DNA of 63,905 nt, filler included, from Octopus bimaculoides (GCF_001194135.2; 7 parts of 7 records of this genome joined end to end with filler, not necessarily neighbours in it); one strand, 5' to 3'; counted from the first letter of the whole stretch, positions 22,813 through 37,005 are shown. Program-made: numbers and translations. The notes: generated from the sequence alone by a model not told the origin.

Positions 22813-23370
22813 GGAGGCGCAATGACCCAGTAATTAGGGCAGCAGACTCGTGGTCATAGGATCGCGGTTTCGATTCCCAGACCGGGCGTTGTGAGTGTTT
22901 ATTGAGCGAAAACACCTAAAGCTCCACGAGGCTCCGGCAGGGGATGGTGGCGAACCCTGCTGTACTCTTTCACCACAACTTTCTCTCAGTCTTACTTCCT
23001 GTTTCTGTTGTGCCTGTAATTCAAAGGGCCAGCCTTGTCACACTGTGTTACGCTGAATATCCCCGGAGAACTACGTTAAGGGTACACGTGTCTGTGGAGT
23101 GNNNNNNNNNNTCCGGCAGGGGATGGTGGCGAACCCTGCTGTACTCTTTCACCACAACTTTCTCTCAGTCTTACTTCCTGTTTCTGTTGTGCCTGTAATT
23201 CAAAGGGCCAGCCTTGTCACACTGTGTTACGCTGAATATCCCCGGAGAACTACGTTAAGGGTACACGTGTCTGTGGAGTGCTCAGCCACTTGCACGTTAA
23301 TTTCACGAGCAGGCTGTTCCGTTGATCGGATCAACTGGAACCCTCGACGTCGTAAGCGACGGAGTGCCAA
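22813..23370 (+). mobile_element. tRNA-derived SINE family C (168 bp duplicated across a 10-N gap)
   Basis: A-box-like TGACCCAGTAA and B-box-like GGTTTCGATTCCC head. 22934-23101 is repeated at about 23112-23280 across the N10 gap, likely an unmerged contig overlap. Confidence 0.75.
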
Positions 23371-24998
23371 CATTGTTTAGCCCCAAACAAACTCGATCAA
23401 GTCGGATGATCAAAATTATTTGAACTTAGTCCATCATGCCCACCCCCACTTTTTTCTTTTATTTTATTTGCGGTTATATAAAGCTATATTGTATCTCACA
23501 TATTTATTTGTGTCTATTAAGGTAGAAGAGTGTGGCGTCTTATATCTTGCAGGGGAAGCAGCAGATAAATGCACCGTCATTCTTAATGTTATTGTTTAGT
23601 CCGGGGGTCGCCCTCACCCACAAATATCTATGGTGAAGATCTTTCCAACTGTTACCATCTGGTGATTTTGTCTGTCTTCGATTTACATTATCTAATGTGT
23701 CCTTCCTTTCTTTAGGACAGTAGATGTGATAATGAGAGGATTTGGCGGTTGTTTCTAGCAGGCTCCATGGCTGCTTTCATTATGGCCACATCACGTCGAA
23801 TACCACTGAGTCTTGTTTGAACAGTGAACGGAAAACGTGGGGTGGAGGGACTTAGATGGGTGACAGTTTGCTGATGATGATAGTGGTGGAGATGATGGCA
23901 AAGTACGTGACGGTGGTGTTTGTGATAAGCTGATGATGACACCAAGGAATGTAGCAGCAGCGGCAGCGGTAGTGGTGGTCGTGGAGGTGATGATAAAACA
24001 ACGTTGGTAATAATATGGTACGTGGTGGCGGTAATGACAGTAAAAATACGTGGTGGTAATTGTGGTTTGAGAGAAGTGGTGTTGAAAGTGNNNNNNNNNN
24101 NNNNNNNNNNNNNNNNNNNNNNNNNNNNNNNNNNNNNNNNNNNNNNNNNNNNNNNNNNNNNNNNNNNNNNNNNNNNNNNNNNNNNNNNNNNNNNNNNNNN
24201 NNNNNNNNNNNNNNNNNNNNNNNNNNNNNNNNNNNNNNNNNNNNNNNNNNNNNNNNNNNNNNNNNNNNNNNNNNNNNNNNNNNNNNNNNNNNNNNNNNNN
24301 NNNNNNNNNNNNNNNNNNNNNNNNNNNNNNNNNNNNNNNNNNNNNNNNNNNNNNNNNNNNNNNNNNNNNNNNNNNNNNNNNNNNNNNNNNNNNNNNNNNN
24401 NNNNNNNNNNNNNNNNNNNNNNNNNNNNNNNNNNNNNNNNNNNNNNNNNNNNNNNNNNNNNNNNNNNNNNNNNNNNNNNNNNNNNNNNNNNNNNNNNNNN
24501 NNNNNNNNNNNNNNNNNNNNNNNNNNNNNNNNNNNNNNNNNNNNNNNNNNNNNNNNNNNNNNNNNNNNNNNNNNNNNNNNNNNNNNNNNNNNNNNNNNNN
24601 NNNNNNNNNNNNNNNNNNNNNNNNNNNNNNNNNNNNGGTGGTGATATGTTCCTTTGCTAGTTGTAGATTTTGTTTTAAACTATCTCAGTCAAGTCCAAGC
24701 TGGAGCGTTGCCGTAAGATACATTGGGCGGTGTTGGCGGTGAGGTACATACAAGGGGGGGGGGCTTCCCTAATTCCTAAATACAAGACGTTTACAATAAC
24801 CGTTATTAAATAACGAAGATACCACTAATGTGTGCAGAATTAGGAAATAATCTCAGTCCAGGAAAGACGAGGCAAACAAAATAATTTTCTTTTCATGTTA
24901 TCAACGGTAAAAGTGATGAAATCAGGGCCGGGCGATAAAGAAGTTCGCTTTGCTAATATAAGAATTTGGGTTCGATCTAACTTTGTATCACCTTACAA

Positions 24999-25296
24999 CA
25001 GGGGTTTTCAAACTTTTTGACTTGCGGACCCCTTTATATTTCAGGCTTTACCTTAGGGACCCCCTTATAAACGCTTATGAAATTTATACATAAATATTTG
25101 CTTAAAATAACATATATTTTTACATTTATTTATTTAACAGTATTTAAACAATAGGTTTATTGTCAATTAAAAGATTTCGATTAAAAAACATATATAAAAT
25201 CAAAATTGCCCATAAAAAGTATTTGCTGTCCACGGACCCCCTGTCTTGTCCTTGCGGACTCCCTGTGGTCCGCGGACCACAGTTTGAAAACCCCTG
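24999..25296. mobile_element. hAT-superfamily MITE
   Basis: Perfect 16-bp TIR CAGGGGTTTTCAAACT / AGTTTGAAAACCCCTG and perfect 8-bp TSD CCTTACAA (24991-24998, 25297-25304). Confidence 0.93.
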
Positions 25297-25329
25297 CCTT
25301 ACAACTCAAGGACGGTTAGTGAAAGTTTA

Positions 25330-25444
25330 CACACACACACAAACACACACAACACACATATGTATGCATACATACATACATACATACATACATACATACA
25401 TACATACATACATACATACATGCATGCATACATACATACATACA

Positions 25445-25479
<35 letters not shown>

Positions 25480-26098
25480 TATGCAGAATAATTCAGAATG
25501 TCCTTTAGNNNNNNNNNNNNNNNNNNNNNNNNNNNNNNNNNNNNNNNNNNNNNNNNNNNNNNNNNNNNNNNNNNNNNNNNNNNNNNNNNNNNNNNNNNNN
25601 NNNNNNNNNNNNNNNNNNNNNNNNNNNNNNNNNNNNNNNNNNNNNNNNNNNNNNNNNNNNNNNNNNNNNNNNNNNNNNNNNNNNNNNNNNNNNNNNNNNN
25701 NNNNNNNNNNNNNNNNNNNNNNNNNNNNNNNNNNNNNNNNNNNNNNNNNNNNNNNNNNNNNNNNNNNNNNNNNNNNNNNNNNNNNNNNNNNNNNNNNNNN
25801 NNNNNNNNNNNNNNNNNNNNNNNNNNNNNNNNNNNNNNNNNNNNNNNNNNNNNNNNNNNNNNNNNNNNNNNNNNNNNNNNNNNNNNNNNNNNNNNNNNNN
25901 NNNNNNNNNNNNNNNNNNNNNNNNNNNNNNNNNNNNNNNNNNNNNNNNNNNNNNNNNNNNNNNNNNNNNNNNNNNNNNNNNNNNNNNNNNNNNNNNNNNN
26001 NTGTGTGTGTGTGTGTATGTATATATACATATATAATCACAAACATACATACGTATATATATACAGATATAGATATATATGGAAAGGGAGACACACAA

Positions 26099-26133
<35 letters not shown>

Positions 26134-26148
26134 GAGAGAGACAGAGAC

Positions 26149-26179
<31 letters not shown>

Positions 26180-26587
26180 GGCAGACAGACAAGCAGGCTG
26201 GCATGTATGCAGGCAAATAGGCGGAGAACAGGAACAGCCGTTGCGCGGAATCGACGCTGCACGATGCGCAAAAGTATTTTGAGACCCCTACGATGTCGAT
26301 ACTGAAGATATATATATACTCTCCCATACCAACTAACACTTGACCATCGGAACATACACGAAATGGCAGGGTGAAACAGGGAAACACAGGGTGCGACCAG
26401 CAACGAAGTACCTTCAACCAAACCACGACCATACGATCTTGTATCTCATGCAAGCATAGAAAAGTGGGAACTAGAGGGAACGTTTCTCTCTCTTTCTCTC
26501 TCTCTCTCTCACTGTCTCCCTCATCCTTTCTCTTTCTTTCTCCCTCTTATTGTGTGTGTGAGTGTGTGTCTTCTGTGAGATTATGAA

Positions 26588-26632
<45 letters not shown>

Positions 26633-27146
26633 NNNNNNNNNNNNNNNNNNNNNNNNNNNNNNNNNNNNNNNNNNNNNNNNNNNNNNNNNNNNNNNNNNNN
26701 NNNNNNNNNNNNNNNNNNNNNNNNNNNNNNNNNNNNNNNNNNNNNNNNNNNNNNNNNNNNNNNNNNNNNNNNNNNNNNNNNNNNNNNNNNNNNNNNNNNN
26801 NNNNNNNNNNNNNNNNNNNNNNNNNNNNNNNNNNNNNNNNNNNNNNNNNNNNNNTATATATATATATATATATTATTTTGACGTGTACACACACACACAT
26901 ATTTATACACATATACATATTCATATATACATATATACATATATATATACACACACAGTGCACACCTTGGTATGATATATTTATATATCCGTATATACAT
27001 AGAAATATATTCATATATACGTATACACATTTGTATATGTATATACATATACATTTGTGCATGTATAGATATCTATAATATCTATATATCTATCTACAAC
27101 GTATTTATCTATATATAGATAAATGTATATATATATATATATATAT

Positions 27147-27195
<49 letters not shown>

Positions 27196-27280
27196 AATAC
27201 AGAAAGACAGTTAGAAAGAATGGGTAAGAGAGAGAGATTGACACACTTATAATATACATACGTAAAGGCACACAAACACC

Positions 27281-27336
<56 letters not shown>

Positions 27337-27429
27337 CGTGTGTGTGTGTGTGTGTGTGAGTATACATATATATAATATATATACACATATCATATATACA
27401 TACACACATATATATATACATATACATAT

Positions 27430-27490
<61 letters not shown>

Positions 27491-28021
27491 CATGCACACA
27501 TATACACATGCATACACACAAACAATAATAACATACCTATATGTTAATGTGGAGATTGTTAATAATATCCATTGAAGACGATTATATACTAGGTAAACGT
27601 GTCCAGTTTTCTCCTTAATACAGACACTATATCAGTTCTGAAGAGAGTTACCTGTCTGTAGAAGGGTACATTCTTGTCTGGGATGTAATCGTTTTACATA
27701 GAACTCGAATCCATCTCAACAGAGAGTGAGATGAGTGGGGCTGCACACTTATGTCACGATGTATTTGTGAAGATATTAGGAAAGGTCTATGAGAAAATGT
27801 GAGGAAAAATAGTGGTTGCCTGTGTGTCTGCACTTATATGTGCGTATAACATGTGTGCAGATGTGCGAGTGCGTTACGCTGTATATGTGCTGATGCATAC
27901 GTGTCTGTGTGTTCATACTTGTGTGTTTGACTGTCTGCTAGTGTTGTTGGCTTTCGTATCAGAACCAAGACACATTGAACACAGATTTAAACACACACAC
28001 ACTGAGTGTACAGACACACAC

Positions 28022-28061
<40 letters not shown>

Positions 28062-28427
28062 GGTAACCCACACAATGAAATCACAAATATTACGCACGTT
28101 ATATTTGTGTGCATGTGTGTATGAATACACACTCATAAACATAAATACACAGACACGTAGTGTATGTCTAATATATAGTGTATTTGCGTGTGTATGTGTA
28201 TACACTAATGCATATTCATATATATTTATATGTATATATTTATATGTATATATTTATATGCACCCATGCATAGTGTTTGCATATGTCATTTATTTTTTTA
28301 ACTAATAAGTGGATATAATTTGCGGTTACATTTTCAAAATCTTGTGTCATGAAAAAATGTTTATTTTACAGGATAAAGTTTAATAAAAGTTAGAAGAAGG
28401 CTTAGGTTAAAATTCAAAGATACCGAG

Positions 28428-28473
<46 letters not shown>

Positions 28474-28476
28474 TAC

Positions 28477-28525
<49 letters not shown>
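25330..28525. repeat. Microsatellite field ((CATA)n, (AG)n, (TA)n, (CA)n, (GATA)n) with N-gaps
   Basis: Directly visible; gaps at 25509-26001 and 26633-26854, and a further gap at 28526-29228. Confidence 0.95.
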
Positions 28526-30054
28526 NNNNNNNNNNNNNNNNNNNNNNNNNNNNNNNNNNNNNNNNNNNNNNNNNNNNNNNNNNNNNNNNNNNNNNNNNNN
28601 NNNNNNNNNNNNNNNNNNNNNNNNNNNNNNNNNNNNNNNNNNNNNNNNNNNNNNNNNNNNNNNNNNNNNNNNNNNNNNNNNNNNNNNNNNNNNNNNNNNN
28701 NNNNNNNNNNNNNNNNNNNNNNNNNNNNNNNNNNNNNNNNNNNNNNNNNNNNNNNNNNNNNNNNNNNNNNNNNNNNNNNNNNNNNNNNNNNNNNNNNNNN
28801 NNNNNNNNNNNNNNNNNNNNNNNNNNNNNNNNNNNNNNNNNNNNNNNNNNNNNNNNNNNNNNNNNNNNNNNNNNNNNNNNNNNNNNNNNNNNNNNNNNNN
28901 NNNNNNNNNNNNNNNNNNNNNNNNNNNNNNNNNNNNNNNNNNNNNNNNNNNNNNNNNNNNNNNNNNNNNNNNNNNNNNNNNNNNNNNNNNNNNNNNNNNN
29001 NNNNNNNNNNNNNNNNNNNNNNNNNNNNNNNNNNNNNNNNNNNNNNNNNNNNNNNNNNNNNNNNNNNNNNNNNNNNNNNNNNNNNNNNNNNNNNNNNNNN
29101 NNNNNNNNNNNNNNNNNNNNNNNNNNNNNNNNNNNNNNNNNNNNNNNNNNNNNNNNNNNNNNNNNNNNNNNNNNNNNNNNNNNNNNNNNNNNNNNNNNNN
29201 NNNNNNNNNNNNNNNNNNNNNNNNNNNNGTTTTCTTCAAAAGCATACATACCTCTGAGAGGTTGCTTAGGTTAAATTCCGTGGGCAGGGAAATATCTTGG
29301 GTATCTTCGGATCATCGTCACCAGCTGAAGATAATGAAGCTCTTACCATTCCCAGAACTGCGACCTTTCTTGACACCAAATATCTTACCTCGGCTTGTCT
29401 TTGGATCAAGCCAATAGAAAGGAGAGCTTCTATGAAGGTTGTGGAAGCCTTATCCGTCCAAAAACTCTCAGCAGATATTTCTGACTTCTGCCTTCTCTCT
29501 CTCTCTCTTTCTCTATCGCTTTCTTTCTCTCACTCTCTCACTTTCTTTCTCTATCTCTCTTCCTCCCCCTCTCTCTAAAGTATTACGCTCATGAGAAGGT
29601 AGCGATGTGTGTAGGCCTTCATTTACGTAAGCATATATACATACGAACATATACATGCATGTAGGTATATATTTTTACACACATTCACACACACAAAGAC
29701 ACTCGTGTGTGCATGCGTGCGTGTGTGTGTGTATGCACGCGCGTATGTATGCATGTATGGAGGTATATAGTAGGCACAATATGGTCAAATAGTCAAGAAG
29801 TTCGCATCACATCTTCATGGCCTGAAGTGTTCTGTGGTTTCAGGTCGATCCATAGTGTAAGAGAAACTGTAGAGAAGCCAGGTGTATTGCACAAAGGTGG
29901 AACTTTGGCACACACTGTGTCACGCTGATTCTGCCCGAAAGCTCGCCCGTTTTACCAGTTAATTCGGGAACAAGTGATTCAGTTGAATCCACATTGTATC
30001 GTGGAATGATGGCAGGCAAACACACACACATACACACACACGCACACGCACGCG

Positions 30055-30099
<45 letters not shown>

Positions 30100-30523
30100 T
30101 CACTCACTCACTCACTCACACGTAGCATTCATATACAACCAGGCACATTTACACTCTCTTACCTACCTATATGAGTATGCGCGCGCGTGTGTGAATACAT
30201 ATATTTCATTCTTGGTCGGGTAAAATTCCGGAGACCTTTAAACCACCAGAGTCATAACGACCAGGCTGCTCCCTGACAGTGTATTTGGGGGCTCTGACCC
30301 TAGTGCTGTTAAGTACGCTCTCCATGGTTCTTTTCAATGGTTGATAATACCTTTCCGGTGCCATTCGAGTAAGGTAATTATTTAACCTATAAATGGGGCC
30401 CTAACAGGTATTATTATTCCGGGCCAGAACAGACCTGGGGGGTAATGACAACTAAGGGGTAATTCCACATTCCCCACTTCTCTTGAACTTCCGAACTGGA
30501 GCCTTGCCACTGGATGCAGTTTA

Positions 30524-30738
30524 TTACTTTATTGCCCACAAGGGGCTAAACATAGAGGGGACAAACAAGGACAGACAAAGGGACTAAGTCGATTACATCG
30601 ACCCCAGTGCGTAACTGATACTTAATTTATCGACCCCAAAATGATGAAAGGCAAATTTGAACTCAGAACGTAACGGCAAACGAAATACTGCTAAGCATTT
30701 CGCCCGGAGAGCTAACGTTTCTGTCAGCTCGACGCCAA
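30524..30738 (-). mobile_element. SINE family B inserted into another repeat, 13-bp TSD
   Basis: TSD TGGATGCAGTTTA at 30511-30523 and 30739-30751. The host repeat (about 30240-30770) resembles the reverse complement of part of 21080-21230. Confidence 0.85.
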
Positions 30739-31417
30739 TGGATGCAGTTTATGGCGTTACCCAGGACAGATGCATATATATATATACCGTAATCCTTCCA
30801 CACGGAACTTGTTTTCATACGGGACTATTTGTGGCGCACATGGAGTGGATTTCTTTGGGGTGGGATGCCTGAACTCGCTAGCCGATGAATTCGTAAGTGC
30901 CTTTCTTATCGTTGATTTTTGGTGTCGCATGGCCAAGGATTACCGTGAATTTTTTTAGAGACACTTTCAAATTTATCAGAATATTTGGGCTGAAGATTGG
31001 AATAGTGAAGTTTTCGTTCGCTTAACCATGAAACGATTCGTACCCAATTAACTAAAGGCTTGTTTTGTTTGTGCTTTTCCCTCCGGTTTTTTGTTCTATG
31101 TGTGCCATAAATATCGCCATCCATTTTGGAGAAAAATTTGTAGTTTAGNNNNNNNNNNNNNNNNNNNNNNNNNNNNNNNNNNNNNNNNNNNNNNNNNNNN
31201 NNNNNNNNNNNNNNNNNNNNNNNNNNNNNNNNNNNNNNNNNNNNNNNNNNNNNNNNNNNNNNNNNNNNNNNNNNNNNNNNNNNNNNNNNNNNNNNNNNNN
31301 NNNNNNNNNNNNNNNNNNNNNNNNNNNNNNNNNNNNNNNNNNNNNNNNNNNNNNNNNNNNNNNNNNNNNNNNNNNNNNNNNNNNNNNNNNNNNNNNNNNN
31401 NNNNNNNNNNNNNNNNN

Positions 31418-31469
<52 letters not shown>

Positions 31470-31874
31470 GTATAAATGTATGTGGACAAGTATGTAATGT
31501 TCCTATATCCATATGTTTAACGGTAGTGCTAATGGCAAACACAGCCACCATCACTAACTTACCATCAATGCCAACAACAATAACACCAGCACTAACATAA
31601 GAAGTCAAGGAGAGTGGGTCGTTTCAGATTGGAGATATTGCATGTTTTAATGGTTGGAAAAGAGAAAAGAGAAATTACATAAAGTGAGTGTGGAGGGTAC
31701 TGTACATGTACCGATAGCGTCATCTTTTGTGATGACATTATCATTATTCTGTCATCACAAGCAATGATGCAACGGCAGCTTCACCCACCATTTTTCTGTG
31801 TGTAAACTTCAATACAGAAACATACATTTTTTACTGAACGGAGCAATATGGTTACATAAATACAGACTGGCGTA

Positions 31875-31928
<54 letters not shown>

Positions 31929-31946
31929 TACTACTACTACTACTAC

Positions 31947-32002
<56 letters not shown>

Positions 32003-32084
32003 GTGATCATGGTAGTGGTGGTGGTGGTGGTTTTATGCAACGACGACGACGATGAAGATGATGATAGATAATTCAAAGACAAAT

Positions 32085-32801
32085 GGAAGGACAACAGAAT
32101 AAGCAATAGGAAAGAAATGAAACTACATGGTCAATTCATGCAACAAACCGAGAATGTCGGAAATAAAAATCGCTGGACAGGAACTTAAACGAGAAACAGA
32201 AATGATAAGTATAACCGCTCAGGAATTAGCCCTTGAAGCAAATCTGGTAAAGGCAAAAATTGACAAAACTCAGTCAAACAGCAATTGTAGAATCTGTAGG
32301 AAAGGAGACTAGAGTATCAATGACACTTTGAGTGAGTGCAGTACACAAGCGCAAAAGAAGTATAAGCGTAGATATGACTGTGTAGGTGAAAGAGTACATT
32401 AGGATGTTAGCCAAGTATGTAGCTTCAGAGCAGCATAAAAATAATATGAACACGAGCCACAGGTTGTGACAGAAAATGAGAACCTTGTGAGACTTCGCCA
32501 TAAAGGCTGACCATACTGTTGAGGCAAGAAGACCAGACATGGTTATACAAGGCAAAATAGGCAGTATAAAATCATAGATTTTGCAATTCCTTTATAAAAG
32601 CAAAATCGATATCAAAGAAATGGGAAAAATCTGAAAAATGCTAGAATTTAGCCAAAAAGCTGAAGAGACTGTTGAAGGCCAAGACAACAATTCTTCCTGT
32701 ATTAATCGGTGCACTTGATACAACACCCAAAATGCTACCTAAAAGACTGAAAGCAACTGGAGTTGAAACTCGCATAGCCGACCTGCAATAAAGCAGCATT
32801 C

Positions 32802-32805
<4 letters not shown>
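32085..32805 (+). mobile_element. Dong/R4-like non-LTR retrotransposon, 3' coding fragment
   Basis: LKRETE...TAQELAL.AN.VKAKIDKTQSNSNCRICRK; KYKRRYD.VG..VH; ARRPDMV..IIDFAIP; VLIGAL. Flanked by (ACT)n(AAT)n upstream and (TAA)n downstream. Confidence 0.82.
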
Positions 32806-32834
<29 letters not shown>

Positions 32835-32874
<40 letters not shown>

Positions 32875-33099
32875 TAATAACAATAATAATAATAATTATT
32901 ATTATTTCGTTCGTGCATGCTAATTTAGTTACCAGGTATTTCATCTGGAGATTTGGTGACAACAAGTCTCCTCAAACCCCAAGAACCATTTTTGAGGTTT
33001 GAGGAGACTTGTTGTCACCAAATCTCCAGATGAAATACCTGGTAACTAAATTAGCATGCACGAACGAAATAATAATAATTATTATTATTATTGTTATTA

Positions 33100-33139
<40 letters not shown>
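32835..33139. repeat. Long perfect inverted repeat, 144-bp arms, 17-nt spacer
   Basis: Arms 32835-32978 and 32996-33139 are complementary, including the variant bases inside the (TAA)n tract. Confidence 0.95.
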
Positions 33140-33560
33140 GATATACTTATATATGTATGTATGACTGTATGTATGTATTTATGTATGTATGTACCTTTTC
33201 AGTACCTTTTACCTTACTCTTGAGCAATGTCACTTCGAGCTACAGATATAACAAAACTCTGGCAAGATATGTTAATATTTTCGTTTAACTATTTCTGTTA
33301 TTGTCTGCATTCATATCTTTTGGTTGCAGGAAAGTTGCTGGTCCAATGTAAGGCACTTGGTTCCTTGAATTATGACAATGCAAAAAGATGGAACTAATTG
33401 TCATAAATTGTCCACATTGAGTAGTCATAATAGCTCGTGCTTACTCGAACATAGTCGGTTGATATAAATATAGATTGCTTAAAATACTGTTTTATTAACT
33501 TGGGTTGTTAGCGTGAATAACTCCTATCTCACATTTAAATAGAAGAATTTTGTAAACATA

Positions 33561-33722
33561 GGCGCAAGCGTGGTTGTGTGGTAAGAAGCTTGCTTCCTAA
33601 CCAAATGGTATTGGGTTCAGTCCCACTGCGTGGTATCTTGGACAAGTGTCTTCTACTATAGCCTCGGGCTGACCAAAGCCTTGTTAGTGGATTTGGTAGA
33701 CGGAAACTGAAAGAAGCCCGTC

Positions 33723-33725
<3 letters not shown>
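33561..33725 (+). mobile_element. SINE family A, tRNA-like head
   Basis: A box TGGTTGTGTGG and B box GGTTCAGTCCC, then CTTGGACAAGTGTCTTCTACTATAGCC..GACGGAAACTGAAAGAAGCCCGTCG. Confidence 0.85.
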
Positions 33726-33761
<36 letters not shown>

Positions 33762-33919
33762 TAAATTATAGGGTAGCAAAGAAATGTCCTNNNNNNNNNN
33801 NNNNNNNNNNNNNNNNNNNNNNNNNNNNNNNNNNTTAATTAATTAANNNNNNNNNNNNNNNNNNNNNNNNNNNNNNNNNNNNNNNNNNNNATACACACAT
33901 ACATATATGTATACATATA

Positions 33920-34075
33920 TACGACGGGCTTCTTTCAGTTTCCGTCTACCAAATCCACTCACAAGGCTTTGGTCGGCCCGAGGCTATAGTAGAAGACACT
34001 TGCCCAAGGTGCCATGCAGTGGGACTGAACCCAGAACCATGTGGTTGTTAAGCAAGCTACTTACCACACAGCCAC
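33920..34075 (-). mobile_element. SINE family A, tRNA-like head
   Basis: Reverse complement of the same head. Confidence 0.85.
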
Positions 34076-34459
34076 ATATATATGTATATGTATATATATG
34101 TATGTGTCTGTGTCCGTCTTTGCGAATATATGTATGTATGTATGTATGTATGTATTTGTCATTATTCAGTTTCATTTCAAGATTACTTGCCAATAGAGAA
34201 AGAGCCGGTTTCTAACCTAGATCCAAATCTCTTACACTGGAATGTCAACAACATCAACAAGTTATGTATATATGTATGCATGTATGTATGCATGTATGTA
34301 TGCATGTATGCATGTATATATGCATGTATGTATGTATGTATGCATGCATGTATGCATGTATATATGCATGTATGTATGTATGCATGTATGTATGCATGTA
34401 TGTATGTATGTATGTATGTATGTATGTGTGTATGCATGAATGTATGTATGTACACGTGT

Positions 34460-35030
34460 TACCAGTTCAAATATGTTCGAGGCATATTCGAATCCGTCAG
34501 AAATCCATTCACTACATTATATCATGGAGAAATATTTTTGTTGTAGACAAAAAGCTGTATACACACCAGATCAGTTCGGAGCGCCCTCTACCCAGATCGA
34601 TGGATTCACACATTTCGAAGTAATTATCTTCTCATGAGTATCGAACTCTAGAAGGCGTGACAACTCTGAACTGACTACGAGGCTAGGTCTCTCTTATTAG
34701 ATACTTTGACTGGTTGTGCTACCCGGCTGCCTGGCCATAGCAAAGATACGGACTAGAACTGCTAAGCAGTGATTTATATAAATATGAACCTGTTACCAGT
34801 TCAAATATATTTCAGATATACTGGAACCTGTAAGTCTGAAGTATATTCACTGCATTTTGTCATGGAAAAATATTCTAGCTGTGTACAAAAAGATGTAAGC
34901 AAAAATAACAAGCGATCTAGTCTAGCTTTTTTTTTTTTTTTCTACGAACTGCCAGACTTTGGAACTTTCTCCTATCACATTTTCCTCCTTCTTGTGACCA
35001 GGATTCTTTCATGTCTAAAGTAAATTTATT
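34460..35030 (+). mobile_element. CR1-clade LINE 3' fragment with internally duplicated ~100-bp piece
   Basis: TSSNM....EKYF thumb-like region at 34460 and again at 34793; RTARLWN.L..HFP...DSFMSKVN CR1 C-terminus at 34935-35025. Confidence 0.55.
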
Positions 35031-36368
35031 CCTTTCGTCTTCGTTTCTCCTTCTTCGTAGTCCCTTACACTAAGTGGTTTCTCGCTTTGTTTGGAACGTT
35101 CTTACAGAAAATATACAAGTATCCGAGAAATACTCAACCACAATACAATGTACTTCAAAATTCAAATGAGTGACTAACTATTTCAGTTGATAGAGAAACT
35201 AGAACGCATCGCTGAAACTGACAGAGATCCATCTACTTCCACCATTCTATATTAAACCCATTATGCACAAGATAATCTCCACCACTAGTACGATATGTTG
35301 TTAACCATCGAGAGAAGATTCTCGCTACATGTAACATAATAGAATCTGAACAGTCATATTTCAGTTATACTGTAGAATAAGATGATGATGAAAAGTAAAT
35401 AAAATTATGGCTAAGAAGAGAACATAATTCTTGAACGTATTTACTTTTTTCTTGTATTCATGTTACAGCGTAAGACGGAAATCTCTCCATACACAATTTT
35501 CCAAACACATACACATATATATGCATAACTACATACACACACAAATATAATACACATACATATGAAGTTAGATACGTATATGAATTCAGTTGTACATACA
35601 TACTTGCATTCGCACAGATACGTATGAATTAGTGTAGATATGTGTGTATACATCTGTTTGTTGAAAATGTATGTTCTTATGTGTTTATGCGAATCAGCGT
35701 CTGTGTGCGTGTGAGTGTGCGTGTGTGTGTATGTGTGCGTGTGTGTGTATGTGTGCGTGTGTGTACCGTGCGAGATAAACACATACATGTGCACATATTG
35801 TTAAACACACATACATATAATACGCATATACCGTACATCCAAACATATATATACATCTTCAAAATTGGACCAAATTTGTCGAATCTTACGACATTTCATT
35901 AAAAATATATTTTAAAATACCGAAAAGTCAAAAAAAAAAAAGAAAAAAGAAGAAGAACAAACTGACTGTATCAATTGAAGAATTTCTTCCTTCGGCTCTC
36001 GAGAAATCTCGAGATAAAAATATAATATAGAAAAAAAAATTGGTTCAAAAAAATGGAGCAATTATGGGGAGCGTATTCAAAGTAATACAAGATATTATGA
36101 TGAAGAACGATTTATAAATTCCTACATAACACCGTTTAGAATATGATATCAGATTTATTTATCTGCTGTAAAGGCATTCGACCAAACGCTAAATGGTTAT
36201 ACTTTTTAAAGGACAGCAATACAATATTTGCAAAATGTTTCATTTTTTTTTTTATATATATGTTTATTATTCGTTTTTACGTTGCTTTAGTTTGTTTTTA
36301 CTTATTAGTTTTATATTTCCTATCAATTCTATATTTTGCTTTCCATTTCTCTATATTTTGTTTTTCTA

Positions 36369-36419
<51 letters not shown>

Positions 36420-36661
36420 CTTATTTTCATTTTCATCATCGTAGTATGATAGATGATAATAAAGGATAGATATTTTCTCAAATGCAATAAAAATAGGCTG
36501 AATGTATTTATTGGTCGGTTCAGCTAACAAAACGAAATCGAGGTGGTTCAGCAATCAATTGAATCTCCATACCACCGCAATATATTTAAGTTGCCATCAT
36601 CATTACCACTATCATCATCGCCATCATCTTCGTCGTCGTCATCATCATAATCATAACTATC

Positions 36662-36714
<53 letters not shown>

Positions 36715-36974
36715 ATTTATTGCTAGTAGTGGTGTGTCATTATTATTCTTGTTATTAATATCGACAAGAATAAGAACAACAACAACAACAACAACAACAA
36801 CAGCAACAATAATGCTTTCGTCGTCATCATATTTTATATAACTGTTGTCGTTGGGGAGAGAAAGTAGAGTGGAACGGTGAGTTAATGCTTCGCTTGTGAA
36901 GCGGAGAGACATTCTTAGCGGCAAAAGATGGCGATGGAGAAGCGCATGCGTTTCTCCGTGTGTCTTTGTGAATC

Positions 36975-37005
<31 letters not shown>

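Noticed and set aside
22934-23280. 168-bp tandem duplication inside SINE C
   Set aside because: Near-identical copies separated by a 10-N gap; typical unmerged contig overlap.
26200-26460. CpG-containing unique patch with open frames on the minus strand
   Set aside because: The frames stay open only because they run into microsatellites; no motif or splice structure recognised.
29300-29480. Possible further Dong/R4 C-terminal remnant (SRKVAVLGMVR)
   Set aside because: Similarity too weak to support by eye.
30800-31148. Possible Tc1-type transposase remnant (NGWRYLWH)
   Set aside because: One short motif, no TIR, truncated by a gap.
34466-34894. Two similar ~90-bp segments with AG..GT ends, resembling mutually exclusive exons
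   Set aside because: Lengths differ by 4 nt (91 vs 95) and both fit the thumb region of the surrounding CR1 fragment.
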